From the NCBI GenBank assembly GCA_020137815.1, contig CM035361.1:6200001-6264000 (forward strand): DNA of 64,000 nucleotides, given 5' to 3'. Positions 13,501-25,197 of this stretch are shown here, piece by piece. Source of the stretch: Hormiphora californensis (lineage: Eukaryota > Animalia > Ctenophora). Position 1 is the first letter of the stretch. Each line of letters begins with the position of its first letter. Position numbers and translations under genes: made by a program. The notes under the pieces were generated by a model that was given only the letters and a program-made list of their open reading frames with translations, was not told the DNA's origin and made no database searches.

Positions 13501-13678
13501 GAAACATGTTTCGTTTCACGTAGACCCCTGCTCCTGCCGCGAGGAAGAGCAGCAGCAAAAGTGAGCAAGCGTAGCAAAACTTCCAGCGTGACCGGTTTGT
13601 ACGCTGCTTGTTCCGGTGGAAAACGTTGTCCAGATCGTCTCCATTCAGTTGAGGGAGGGGCTTATACCGACCCTTCAT
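785..13678 (-). CDS. Insulysin/nardilysin-like M16A zinc metallopeptidase with N-terminal type II signal-anchor (3' end not traced, probably beyond the window)
   Basis: 19 phase-consistent GT-AG exons: 13457-13678, 13300-13383, 11628-11730, 11171-11328, 10404-10522, 9691-9781, 9292-9419, 5978-6062, 5089-5185, 4844-4918, 4359-4470, 3966-4074, 2680-2752, 2377-2488, 2096-2281, 1772-1833, 1233-1337, 1012-1096, 785-874. The translation is colinear with IDE: LENGLKVLLIHD, VGSMSD...GLAHYTEHAIYMGSENFP (HxxEH), GGNDNAFT, QNELEK (distal Zn ligand), HPFYRFNVG, YYSSHLMNLV, LLGDESTG, NEFIPTDF, LPK, DQP. Confidence 0.93.
2023..2118 (-). repeat. 3 x 32-bp tandem repeat spanning the exon 15 end and its GT donor
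   Basis: Minus-strand unit CCAAAATCTTAYATCGACTGCAA|gttagt...; the first copy in transcript direction is the real exon end. Confidence 0.9.
2928..3807. mobile_element. Non-autonomous piggyBac-like element (880 bp) in an intron
   Basis: TIRs CCCTTTGAGACCGATAG / CTATCGGTCCCAAAGGG with CCC...GGG ends, 4-bp target duplication CTAA (2924-2927, 3808-3811), internal copy of the left end near 3658, no transposase ORF. Confidence 0.8.
4470..4730 (-). repeat. 33-bp tandem repeat of the exon 11 polypyrimidine tract and AG acceptor
   Basis: Minus-strand unit gcgatcatttatcagttatccctcctcctctag, period 33, abutting the real acceptor at 4471. Confidence 0.85.
5186..5690 (-). repeat. ~38-bp minisatellite derived from the exon 9 branch/polypyrimidine region
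   Basis: Repeated cctaatttctatcctcc core; includes decoy acceptors cag|GACATTGC (about 5258-5270) and ccccag|GATATT (about 5340-5352). Confidence 0.8.
6065..9140. repeat. 3-kb (AGAGATAAC/AGAGATAACAC)n satellite with ~925-bp higher-order period
   Basis: 10/12-bp units; the rare variant unit ACCACAGAGA recurs at about 6941, 7865 and 8791. Confidence 0.95.
10945..11038. repeat. Hairpin / MITE remnant
   Basis: GAGATAGAGACTTGAAATTTGTTTTGTAAG ... CTTACAAAACAAATTTCGAGTCTCTATCTT; the surrounding segment is bracketed by direct repeats of cctagtgcctagtatgtaccaaataatatagggaca. Confidence 0.65.
11471..11638 (-). repeat. 8 x 20-bp tandem repeat of the HxxEH exon end plus GTAAGT donor
   Basis: Minus-strand unit CCCAGGATATA|gtaagttgt, with perfect copies every 20 nt from 11481 to 11638. 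Confidence 0.95.
11709..13122 (-). repeat. ~35 x 40-bp tandem repeat of the HxxEH exon acceptor plus first 20 exon nt
   Basis: Minus-strand unit tgtaacaatgattccctcag|GTCGGCTCAATGTCAGACAC, with a block of 42-bp variants at about 12391-12680. Confidence 0.95.
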
Positions 13679-14489
13679 TGAGAGCCTACAATATAATAGT
13701 TTATTAAAGCTCAAGAAACTTTAGTTGGATAATGAAATGAAGTAGTACTTGGAAAATGTGACATGTGTAAGTCTAAAATCAAGATTCAAGTAGCTTCAGG
13801 TTCCCCGTTGCTTCTCTGAAGCTGGCATTCATATCCTCTCTCATAGCATGTATGTCAATTTTCCAAGACGCCGAGCGCGAGATCTGGATTCTGGACTAAA
13901 AGTTCTAAAAAATGTTATTTCGTGCAGTGCTGACGCCTCAAGGCTCGAAAGTCAAAAGTCAAAACTCAAATCTGTTGCGAAAATCGAATTTACAACTGCA
14001 GTCTCGTCCTGGGGTGGCCTGTGCCCCACGAGAGGACACATGCGGAGTGTCGACTGTCGCATGCCAGAAAAACAAGAACGCGAAGCCGACGCGTACAAAA
14101 ATTTGGTTTTCAAAAGTCGAATTGAGAGAAATAATAATAATAAAAGAGGCCACATGCATCCGGCCTAACAAATTCATTTCTATAAAAACAGCGAACTAGC
14201 CATCTGGCTACACAGATAAGATCATGATAAATGTGACAGTAAAAAGCTAATATATATGATAGAGGTCTGTTGTAGGCAGATCACGCCTGCTCCTTCCTCG
14301 GTATCCTCGGATACCGAGGATACCGAGTCGAATTTGAAAATTCAAAAAAAAATCATCTTGGTTTTTCCCACGCGCGCCGCGCCGCGGTCTTCTGCAACGT
14401 TCTATGAAAATTTCAGCGCAAGCCGCTCCCACGAGAAAAAAAAGGCTATTTTAGTCTCTGAATCACTGCACAGTGCAATGCACTGATCG

Positions 14490-14890
14490 ACAGGCTTGAG
14501 AAGGAGCCAGACGGGCTTGAGAAGGAGTCGGACGAGCTTTAGACGGAGTCAGACGGGCTTGAGACGAAGTCAGACGGGCTTCAGACGGGCTTGAGAAGGA
14601 GTCAAACGGGTTTCAGACGGGTTTCAGACGCGGACGAAGTCAGACGGGCTTGAGACGGACTTAAAACGGGGTGAGACGGACTTAAAACGGGGTGAGACGG
14701 GCTTGAAACGGGTTTAGACGTAAAGGTTTTAACCCGTTGGCCGTCTAGATGAAATCAGACGGAACTAGAACTTCTGAAACCAAATGCAAAAACGTCTCAA
14801 TCACATTTGACTCTGTCTCAAGACCGCCTAACTCTGCCTCAAGCCCGTCTGACTCCGTCTCAAACCCGTTTCAGTGTTTGACTCAGTCTT
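14490..14890. mobile_element. Degenerate fold-back element with oppositely oriented sub-repeats
   Basis: Left half carries AGACGGGCTTGAGA-like repeats and right half their inverse (TCAAGCCCGTCTGA). A similar AGACG/CGTCT arrangement occurs at about 49990-50280. Confidence 0.5.
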
Positions 14891-15583
14891 GGGGAAATCC
14901 ATTTAGATAGACATTAGACGGGTACATACTGCCTCGAAGACTGTTTGGCGCTGCATACCCCATCTGAGCACACTGTCACCCATTTAATTTTTACTGGTGT
15001 GTACTGCCAATTGGGGTGTGGCGCCACCAGACAGGCGACAGCTCGACGACGTTCAGACGACGCGAATGTTTGAAGCCAATCCAAAATTGTTGATTCCGTC
15101 TCCCAGAGAATGATAATTACCACACCTCCTTCCCCTAGTCATGATTCAATACAACCTACCCTACTACCCAGGGGCGGCTCTGACTGGGTGTCCAGGTGTC
15201 CATGGACCAGCTGCAGCCGGTGAATTATTCCTCCATAATAATTGTTATACAGGTGCGTTGCATATCATAATTAACAGTAGAAGTTGCACAGGTACAGCAC
15301 CTGCAACTACTACTGTTAATTATGATAGCTCCCTCGTCTCCCCCATGTGGATACCAAGAGATAAACATAAAGAGGAGGGTTACCATGGAAACCAAAGTGG
15401 GGGCTAGTGAAAAGGGCCAAAGGGGGGATCATCAGTGTCTGAAGCGAGTACAGAAGAAGAAGACATGTGAGAGGTAATGATGATTTTTACTTGGATTTGT
15501 TATAGCTGTTGATGAGTCCAATTCTTCAACGAATGACGTTTTATCCTGTTTTCAAGATCTATCTTCCCAATCCAGGTCTCTTT

Positions 15584-15690
<107 letters not shown>

Positions 15691-15693
15691 CTC

Positions 15694-15771
<78 letters not shown>

Positions 15772-16372
15772 CCCTCTCTCTCTCTCAGTCTTATTTTTGC
15801 TCCCCCAGCAGCTCCAGTACTCTCTTTATTCCCCCACAAATACACATCTATTGTTATAACCGTGGGAGATGTTGCTCTCCCTATATGATTCTCTCTATAA
15901 AGCTATATTTCTCTCCCTCAGCCCTCTCAAATCTCCCGATTCTCTCTCTTTCTGTCTCTCATCTATAAAGCTATATTTCTCTCACTTTTCTCCCTCTCAG
16001 ATCTCCCTACTCTCTCTCTTTCTCTCACTCTCTCTATCGCCCCTAAAACTCTCCCTCCTCGCCCACAAAACACCTTTATATTGCTCTATTCTTAACCAAG
16101 ATGATTTAGGACACCTTGCTCTAAGATCGTATCCCAGTCATTTCCTGTTCTAGGACACCTTGCTGTAAGATCGTATCCCAGTCATTTCCTGTTCTAGTTT
16201 TCTGCTCCCATTTTGTTTGCAAAGTACTATACAGACACTATACAGACACTATACAGAAACTATACAGACACTGCTAATCTGCACTGCAGATATACCTTCA
16301 ATCTGAATATCTGTTTATCTTGCTAATGAATATTCCTATTTTATGAAACTCTGAATACTTCTGTTTTTTAGG

Positions 16373-17578
16373 ATGCTGCCATTGTTTCTCGTTTTGGCGA
16401 TTCTTCACTTCAGTGCACCCGAAACCACCGACATAGGTATAACAGCCTGTTTTACCCGTTTACTCAACTATTATTAATGTGTCAAATTATATCTATATCT
16501 TCTTCAAATATTAATATCAAGATTTTAATATCGTTTAACTGAACTTTGTTTGCAGTCCCCGACCCTACAACTTTGGTAACAGAGGACCTGTACGTCCGAC
16601 GGAGACCTGCGTTTAACACAGAAGCGGAAGATATCGGTCTAGTCGCCACGGAGTGGCCTGCAACTATCACCCTTGGGGCTACTCCTTCACCAGTAGTTGG
16701 CAGTGAAGATGATGCACTGACAAGCGCTGGAGGTGATCTGGATGGAGTTGCTTCGAATATGGATGATGGTAGTGAACAATCAGAACCAGGGTCTTCTGCT
16801 CCGGAAACAGCTGGTATAAATGGAACAGATTCCCAACGTACCCCTAATAAAATGGAGGATGGTGGTCCTCAAGTTGCCATGGTTACATCTGAAGAGGAGG
16901 TTGACCCGAAAGTGACCTCTGGTGACCCAAAAGTGACCTCTGGTGACCCAAAAGTGACCTCTGGTGACCCAAAAGTGACCTCTGGTGACCCGAAAGTGAC
17001 CTCTGGTGGTGACCCAAAAGTGACCCCTGGTGGTGAACCAAAAGTGACCTCTGGTGACCCAAAAGTGACCTCTGGTGACCCGAAAGTGACCTCTAGTGAC
17101 CCGAAAGTGACCTCTGGTGGTGACCCGAAAGTGACCTCTGGTGACAGTGGTGGGTTTGTTCCTACTGCAACATTGTATTTTAGGGTAAGTTAGTGAGACT
17201 CTCCAATCAATTTTTTAATTTTTTATCGAAACTTCTGAAAGTTTTACCGGTAAAACTTTCAGAAGTTTCGATAAAAATAGGTAAAATAGGTAAAATTAAA
17301 TAGGTAATACACCTAAAAATAGGTAATTACCTAATTACCTAAGCCCTTGATATTTCAGAGGGTATTCCCATCATCGGATGTACCGGCAACTAAACCTCCA
17401 ACGACAACACCTAATCCCCAGCTAACAACAAACCCAGCTGTTGTATCTAAAAATAGAACAGCAACCACCGTTGCCATGGTTACTGTATCTAAAAATAGAA
17501 CAGTAAGCACAGTTGCCATGGAGACTGAGGAGATTTCTGATGATCAGATTTTCCAACCGGTTCCATCCAACGAATCAG
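16373..17578 (+). CDS. Signal peptide plus acidic/Ser-Thr-Pro mucin-like N-terminal module (3 exons, open phase-1 end)
   Basis: Exons 16373-16436 (MLPLFLVLAILHFSAPETTDI), 16556-17184 (contains GDPKVTS repeats) and 17359-17578 (PATKPPTTTP, NRT sequons). Phases are consistent and the last donor is G|gtatga. The downstream partner exon is uncertain (possibly 32605). Confidence 0.75.
16903..17146 (+). repeat. Coding tandem repeat, 21/24-bp units encoding (G)GDPKVTS, about 11 copies
   Basis: In-frame ggtgacccaaaagtgacctct units inside the 16556-17184 exon. Confidence 0.9.
17220..17277. repeat. Perfect 58-bp palindrome in an intron
   Basis: tttttatcgaaacttctgaaagttttacc|ggtaaaactttcagaagtttcgataaaaa. 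Confidence 0.9.
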
Positions 17579-19574
17579 GTATGACTTTGCTGTTTTCAAT
17601 TCAAAACTTCGGGTAAGGCCAACAGTTACGTTGCAGTTCGTTTCACTTTTGCGAACGACTCAGCGATCCAAACCAAACCAACAGTTATAAACGCCGCGTC
17701 ACGGAGATCTCAGTTGAGGTTTTCAGTTAAATGGTACAATTCACAATTGCACAGCAATTCAATTAGTTGGTTTGTGGAATGAACGGGGTCTAAATTTGGA
17801 AACCGCTTGATTAGTAAATCAGTCATCAGAAATCTGTAGCTAATTTAGTCGGATAGGTAAACTGGATGATTCGACACTTTTCGACAGATCAATCGATATA
17901 TAGCTGTTAATTTCTGTAATTACGAATCGGTAGATGGGAAAGAGAGATGATAATTATCAGCACGCAGTCCTTTTTCGGTAGTTTTCCACTTTTTGAAACA
18001 ACCTCCTCGCTTCAAACATCTCTCTCTCCTTTCCTTTAGCAAGTTTGTCAATCAGTAATTGGCTCCTGCAGCAGCATTGCATGACGGCAAATTCTGCACA
18101 ATTTTGAAATTCTTTCCTTCTAATAACTTCCTATATCTTTTGTTTCAATAAAATATCTGGGCGTGGGACTTCGTGACTGAACTTAATAGAGTGACGTACC
18201 AAGCTTTACTCCTTCATTCCTTTACAGATCTCTTTCTTGCGCAGTTTGTTAAGTTGTGATATAAGTTCCAAACTTACACATATGGTGCCAGGCCAAATAT
18301 ATCCACACAATTTAGCATGCCCAATTGAGTTTTTAACTCGAAATGTCGAGATAAAATCTATAACTGCAGTTATATATTTTATCATACTTCTTGCTGTCCC
18401 AACCTTGAAGGGCTGGTGTCACCGTCCGCGGCATCATAGTGCTTGGAGTGGGGCCCACTGTTGGACCTCCGAACTGGTCTCGCGTGTGTTAGCGTGTGTT
18501 CAGGCATTCAGGAAAAAAGACGTTGATTCAGGTGTTCAAAATCAAATAGCTAATATAACAGACGTTTCGACTCCAAGCATACTTCTTCTTTGTCAGTCTT
18601 GTAGCAGTCCTCCTATTTTTCACACGGTGCAGTTCAGCGAGTAAGGTTCTCGAGTTCAGTTTTGGTAACTCGTTACCTACTTTAACATAAGTAGCCTACT
18701 TATGTCTGCTAAGGCTGCAGCTCTCTTTCTCAGCTGGGTCTTTCCTGGTATAACAGACTCTATTTTACTATTTCTCACACCCTATAATTATAGCTTTATG
18801 TATGTTCGGTACTTTGGTTTCATTTTGCATCTCTACTTCTAATGAACCCCATGGTTTGACGCTAGATTATTCTCAAAAGATTGTTTATGGAAGCCTTACT
18901 ATCATTATGTGCGGTTTAGAGCAATGCTGCAGAGTATAATTTCTCACGATGTCGAGCTGCATTGCTCGTGGTGATACTCTTTCTCCTTTTACTCTTCCCC
19001 CGGCCTGGTTGTGGTTAGGAAACGACGAAGGACTTTGAGAAAATAGAGATCTGAAGCGTTGTGTGAAATTGCTGTTGAAATGTGTTTCTTTAGTCCTAAT
19101 TCTGTGATAGATATTCCATAATTAGGAAACATGAAAGTCTGAATGATTGATAGATGCAATGACTACCGTAACAGCTGATAGGTTGCCCTAATACAAAAAG
19201 ATTCAGTATACTTGATTGTAAACTATCTGCTGCAAAGAGTCAAAGACTGTTATACCTCTGCAGTAGTGGTCTACTTCAAATACTACTAATCGCGGTTTCT
19301 TTACTAGAGCGGTTTCTTTACCCCTCACTGGTCTACTTTCACCATTGTAAAATTTTGAGATATAATATAATTCTTTAGATAGCACTGCTTGTACAACTTA
19401 TAACACTGCGCAGTGTTATAAGTTTTCATGTATAACTGCTGGCAGTGTTATAAGTTTTCATGTATAACTGCTAGCAGTGATACATGAAAACTTATAACAC
19501 TGCTGCACTTAGAACTCCTTACTCCACTGTTTCTGTCACACTTAAAAACCGTTAGAAAGATAAACGTGTACGAA

Positions 19575-19629
<55 letters not shown>

Positions 19630-20014
19630 CTCTCACACTGTCAAGCCGTTGCAGCACCTTGGTAACGAAGTTACCCCTCTGTCGAGGGCATTGCGATAGT
19701 AAGGCACGTTTTAGCGTGCCCGCAATGTAGGGGGAACTGCGTTACCAATGCAGCACCGAGATCAAGATAACAGTTACGAACTCCCGGACCCACGTCCCAC
19801 ACATTCTTTATCTCTCTCACTCTCACTAATCTCTCACTCTCTTTACCTATCTCAGGCGTTATCTTATCTCTGCCTGCTACCATATCATGAATTCGCTCTA
19901 TTGTTACGCCCTAAAGTGTCTCTCACTCTTGTTTTAAAAATTTTACAATGCAATTTTATTATGCCTATTTTCGTTGTACCTGACGTCAACAATAATATCC
20001 CAGATTCTTACACT

Positions 20015-20195
20015 TTTAGACCTCGCAGGCTCGGTCAAAAAGTAAAACTACATCACTCGCAGGCTCGTGAGGTAGTTACACTTAGTGGCACTCGCAGGCT
20101 CGTGCACTAAAGTACAAGAATCTGCCTCGACCTGTGGTCTCGGATCATTATTGTTGCACTTATAACACTCGACCTTCGGTCTCGTGTTATAAGTT
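20015..20195. mobile_element. Dispersed repeat end with three CTCGCAGGCTCG motifs and a terminal hairpin (copy at about 38455-38632, mirror copy at about 45115-45293)
   Basis: Clear similarity between 20015-20195 and 38455-38632, both ending in cactcgRccttcggYctcgtg. Superfamily not assignable. Confidence 0.65.
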
Positions 20196-21446
20196 TTCAG
20201 GTACAACTTATACCCATAATAAAATCCTACATTATACTTACTACCCCACTATATATCCCACTATTCACTACTTCACCAGTCATGCAGGAGCTGTGATCGC
20301 TTTAGTTAATTTACCGTTCCTCGGGGACCCCCCAGGGTCAGCTATCCGGTGTTATATAGTCCGCAAGGGGGGACCACTTGATCACTAGTCAGCTATCCGG
20401 TGTTATAAAGTCCGCCGGGGGACCAGTTGATCAAGTTGCTTGTTAAACTGGGCTGACTGTCAATATAGTTCCACCGGCTCTTGTAGTCTTGTACGGCCGG
20501 TTTTATGGATATATGACTCAGTATGACGTAATACATAACTTGGTGGTGAATTTGTTGATTTAGATCAGGGGTTTTTCAAAGGCGATTGATCGATTGATCG
20601 AAGTACTGTTAATTTACGAGTTTTAATGGGTTCAATCCCAATTTGCTCGTTACACTAAGCTCTGCATCTGAGAGAGTGCCAACACGTGCTTTTAATGCCC
20701 ATGTGTAATTCCGTGTTTCTCTCTCTCCTCATCTTCCCCTCCCTCTCCTCCTCTCCTCTCGCATCCTCTCTCTCCTCTCTCTCTCTCCGTCAGCATCGCT
20801 CCGCCCTCCTCGTCGTCTCTTTCCCTTCTCTCTTCTATCGTTGCTTCTCCTTGGCTTCATTCTCTTCTGATCTTCTATTCTTAGTCTTCGTCTGGAGTCG
20901 TCCTCCTCTGTTCATCTTCTGGAGTCTTTTAGTGGGTCCTTGTCTTTTTTATGGCTCTTCTATTTTGCGGGTCTTCAATCTCTGTTTTTGAATGTGGGAG
21001 GGGCCCTTAACAGAAGGAGAAGGGAGAAGGGAAAGGAGACGAGGAGAGGAGAGAGAAAAAAAGCTGGGGTTACGACAAAAGAGACAGGAGGGTATAACAG
21101 AGGTTAACCAAAAACTGGATAGCTGTTGCCGAGGCAACACTTTCTCTGATGGGTAAATCGTATTATTAACTAATAATAACTATCTATAATCAGTCCAGAA
21201 AGACCCTAGTCGAGGTCGACTAGACAGTCCCCGCTAGAAGAGAGAGAGAGAGAGATAGAGAGAAAGATAGAGAGAGAGATAGAGAGAAAGAAAGCTCATT
21301 TGACATTTCAAACAATTTTGGCCAGTGATGAACACTTGAGAACAAACGCATGTTTATAATATGGTTGTTCTGTCTTATTTGCAGTGTTCCAGTCACGATA
21401 TACAGAGCTGGTGTTGATTGCACTCTTATATAACTGATTTGTGGCA

Positions 21447-21747
21447 TTACTTACTTACTTATTACTTATGTGTAGTTCGCCGGCTACTGCTCGTCCGATC
21501 GGGGTATCGCTTTCTGCAACTCCCCACTGGTACTATCAAGAACACTGTTTGTGGATCTCCGCGTATACCCAGCGACTGGAGGTTGGTCTGGTATCGCGTC
21601 CATAAATCTTGATAACTGAGTTTTGAAAACCTGGAACTCAGTGATTTGGTTAATTTGAGCAGGTAAGCAGTTCCAGAGCCTTGGCCCCATCACAGCAAAG
21701 GATCCATCGTATGCTGACTGTGCTGCTGCTAGAGAGTTCTTCACAAT
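21447..21747 (-). mobile_element. 5'-truncated non-LTR retrotransposon (CR1/L2-like) 3' end
   Basis: ORF SFAVMGPRLWNCLP...FKTQLSRFMDAIPDQP resembles the C-terminus of CR1-group ORF2 (F..R....WN.LP....FK..L), followed by a (TAAG)n-like tail. Confidence 0.8.
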
Positions 21748-21749
21748 TA

Positions 21750-22749
21750 GTAGGGACGAATCTTAATTTTTTGACTCACTATTTGGTGGAAAGCAAATTC
21801 CGGTTGTAACCCACCTATTTTGACCCGCTGAACACGATCCCGTTCATAGGCAAGCTCGCAAAAGTGGAGAAAATGCCCAAATCGGCCACGCCCTTTTACC
21901 TGTATTTTCAGCCTGTAGCCAAAAACATAACTCCTCTTAGAATAGGAGTAGAGACAAATCTGAGGGCACTAAAGTTATCAGCGCCCTTGCATTAGTGGGG
22001 GTAGGTGCTGGAATTAAGTCTCTATCTCATCTGGTTAATTAGATAATTGGATAATTAGGTTTGTGCATAACCGTTTTTTGGCTATATGGCTATAGCCACT
22101 TAGGAATGGTTTAGATACTTTTCACTGGCGCCATTTTGTAGGCAATAGCCAAGTTATGGGGGGTCGACGTCGGACTTTTAAGCTCTATCTCCAACCGTTT
22201 AGCCGTTATTGGGCTAAATCGATGCTCAAAATGAGCGAAAAACGGTAAAAAGCCCGATTTTGAGCATCGTTTAGGCCCAATAACGGCTAAACGGTTGGAG
22301 ATAGAGCTTAAAAGTCCGACGTCGACCCCCCATAACTTGGCTATTGCCTACAAAATGGCGCCAGTGAAAAGTATCTAAACCATTCCTAAGTGGCTATAGC
22401 CATATAGCCAAAAAACGGTTATGCACAAACCTAATTATCCAATTATCTAATTAACCAGATGAGATAGAGACTTAATTCCAGCACCTACCCCCACTAATGC
22501 AAGGGCGCTGATCACTTTAGTGCCCTCAGATTTGTCTCTACTCCTATTCTAAGAGGAGTTATGTTTTTGGCTACAGGCTGAAAATACAGGTAAAAGGGCG
22601 TGGCCGATTTGGGCATTTTCTCCACTTTTGCGAGCTTGCCTATGAACGGGATCGTGTTCAGCGGGTCAAAATAGGTGGGTTACAACCGGAATTTGCTTTC
22701 CACCAAATAGTGAGTCAGCCACTTCTTTTTATAAGAGATTCGTCCCTAC
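21750..22749. mobile_element. 1-kb fold-back DNA element with TA target duplication
   Basis: Ends GTAGGGACGAATCT / AGATTCGTCCCTAC, TA flanks, and ~460-bp near-perfect inverted arms (21773-22232 vs about 22257-22717) around a ~25-nt spacer. Confidence 0.9.
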
Positions 22750-22984
22750 TACATGCATAGGAGATTGGATAATAAAATAGCGGAGGAATAGCGGCTAATA
22801 TAATTTGTGACTCCAGCTATCAATAAATCTCCATTACTGCGGATCGCTTACCACTAAACTATACTACCAGTATTGTATTAAAGTTCCAATGCCTAATAGT
22901 ATAGGCTTTTATATTTTCGCAAAAGCAATCATATTATGATCTATATCGATATTCCCTTCATCAAAATCAGCTTGATCTTGCAGT

Positions 22985-23655
22985 TTTATATACCCTGCTA
23001 ACTTAAATAACCCGCCAGCGGCGAGAAGTCCCACTGGCGCGCTCTCAATATACAGCCAGTCCAGCGGCAGATTATTTCCCACTGGCTGGCTGTTTATTAT
23101 TAACTCCTATGTTACATTCAAAGTGTGTGTAAATGATCAGTTCTTACTGAAATACAGAGTGAACACTGTTTGCAAGAGTTACACACTGCATTGGAGAGAA
23201 AGAAACAACACATTCCGTCAATTTCTCTCTCTTTATCTCCCCTTTTGTTTCACTATCTCAATTCCTCTGTGTTATGTCTGGCATGCCCCATATCTTGTTA
23301 TTTCTTTCTCTCTCTCCTTAGTAACTGTTACCAAACAATATACACTCAATTGAGAGATGTTTTTGACTGTTTCTCAGTTCTCTTTGTGTGTTTTGATTAG
23401 CGTTCTCTCTCTTGTTAGTGTATAATACTTGAAACAAACAACTAAAGCAGGGTATATAACCCATAAACTCTGACCAATGGCACGTTATTGGTTTAAACCC
23501 CTCCGCCTCTCCCTCGGCTACGCCTCAGGATCGTCGTCGTGATTTAAACCAGTTTATCCGCCACTGGCGGATAAACTACAGCTACCTTCTCCCAGCGGCG
23601 CGCTGGGAGAAAGGTATCTGAAATAACGTGCCAGTGGCCAGAGTTTATGCCTCAT
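22985..23655. mobile_element. Unclassified element with two adjacent inverted-repeat modules
   Basis: ttatataccctgct...agcagggtatataa, followed immediately by cataaactctg.cca.tggcacgttatt...aataacgtgccagtggccagagtttatg enclosing a GC hairpin. Confidence 0.55.
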
Positions 23656-23740
23656 ATATAACAAGCTGTGAAATCACAACATAATGTGACGCCGTCGTTT
23701 CAGTCCTATTTCCAAAAGATTCCTGTTTTCTCTCTCTCTC

Positions 23741-23776
<36 letters not shown>

Positions 23777-24921
23777 AGCTCTCTCCCTCGTTCTCCCTCT
23801 CTTTCTCTCTCTGATTTGGGTAAGAAAGTGTATAATCAGTTACATTTTATGTGTTGCTTTTTATACCGACGCAGAATGGGCAATGAGCATGTTGTTAGGC
23901 AATTGGTTTTCCTTCTTCAATCTCTTCAATCTCTTCTATAGAAGATATATATCTCTCCTACTATTAGGAGAGAAGCTGACAGAGAAAAAGAGGAGAACCA
24001 TTGATCAGTTTATTGTTTTCCTTTTCTCCTATATCAATGTCAATATATCTAGATCTACCGATGCCTGATCGATTCTTCTGATCATAATTGTCGTTTGCCA
24101 TGCCTAAACACGACAATACGAAATCCATGTTCGATAAATCGATCATCGTACTATCGACAAAAGCTAACTTTCGTAATTCGTACTATATTCGAGATTTTAA
24201 AAACATAGGATTCTAAAATCTTAAATCAAACTGATTTTAGTAGTTCAGCTATCGATAAATCGATTTTTGTTTTATCACTTTTCACTTGACCACAAATAGT
24301 TTGCGTGTTAGCTTGTGTATTTAAAAGTGTTTGGTTTAGGCAATTAAAGACGATTAGATGATTTTCTTGGAACGATACCACGTACATTTTGTCGCCATAA
24401 TACACATCTTTTTCCCGTGGTATGGTGCACTTGTATCTGAATGACCTTAATCAAGTGTAAAATTAGAACTGACGTAATTACAGTGTTTTAATTTCATCTT
24501 TCACTGGACTGTTAAGTGGTGAATGTGCTCACTCTGATTTAAATTAGTTTTTGGTTTTCACACTTTCCAAATGGTATAATGCAGTACATGGAAATTAATT
24601 AATAGCCTTGGATTGAAACTTGTGCAATGGTTAATTATAAATCGAGGAGCTCGTGTGATTGACATGTGTTTCAATTACGCCCTTGAATTAACACTAATTA
24701 TGAGCTAATTATGAGCTATGTGATTCCAACAAACTGATCACTTTTTGATTGTCACACTTATGTTGACGTATATTGAATACCTGATTCGCACGATACGTAA
24801 CTTTTGATAATTTGAAACGAAACCACTTTTGCCGAATTGTAATTATCTCAGTCGACAAATTTGTTTGATAACTTTGAAAATTGATTTTCATACTTGTTTC
24901 CTCCAATAATAGCACCCCAAA

Positions 24922-25045
24922 ATGAAGACCAGAATATCCACGGAGGTCATCCTCTTTACTTTCCTCTGCTGTGTTCTCGTTCTACCAACATCCAGTGATA
25001 GTGCCAACCTTCACTCCTTTCGACCTTTCCCGACACCCAACTGCC
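24922..25045 (+). CDS. Candidate first coding exon with signal peptide (alternative start or nested gene)
   Basis: tag|caccccaaaATG; MKTRISTEVILFTFLCCVLVLPTSSDSANLHSFRPFPTPNC; phase-1 donor C|gtgagt. Confidence 0.5.
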
Positions 25046-25088
25046 GTGAGTAGAAATAAAACTGAATGTATTTGTGTATCCTAACTGG

Positions 25089-25197
25089 CAGGAACCGACC
25101 AAATCAGGAAATACTGGTCCCTGATTGGCTGATAACCAGTCACGTGACCTAAATAACGAGTTCTAATTGGTTGTTTACTTGTTTCGGTCGGTTCCTG
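25089..25197. mobile_element. 109-bp MITE with 11-bp target-site duplication (Mutator-like)
   Basis: TIR CAGGAACCGACC / GGTCGGTTCCTG; ATCCTAACTGG duplicated at 25078-25088 and 25198-25208. Confidence 0.88.

Noticed and set aside
13848-14486. Short overlapping ORFs between the divergent genes
   Set aside because: No domain features or coherent splice structure; more likely promoter or repeat sequence.
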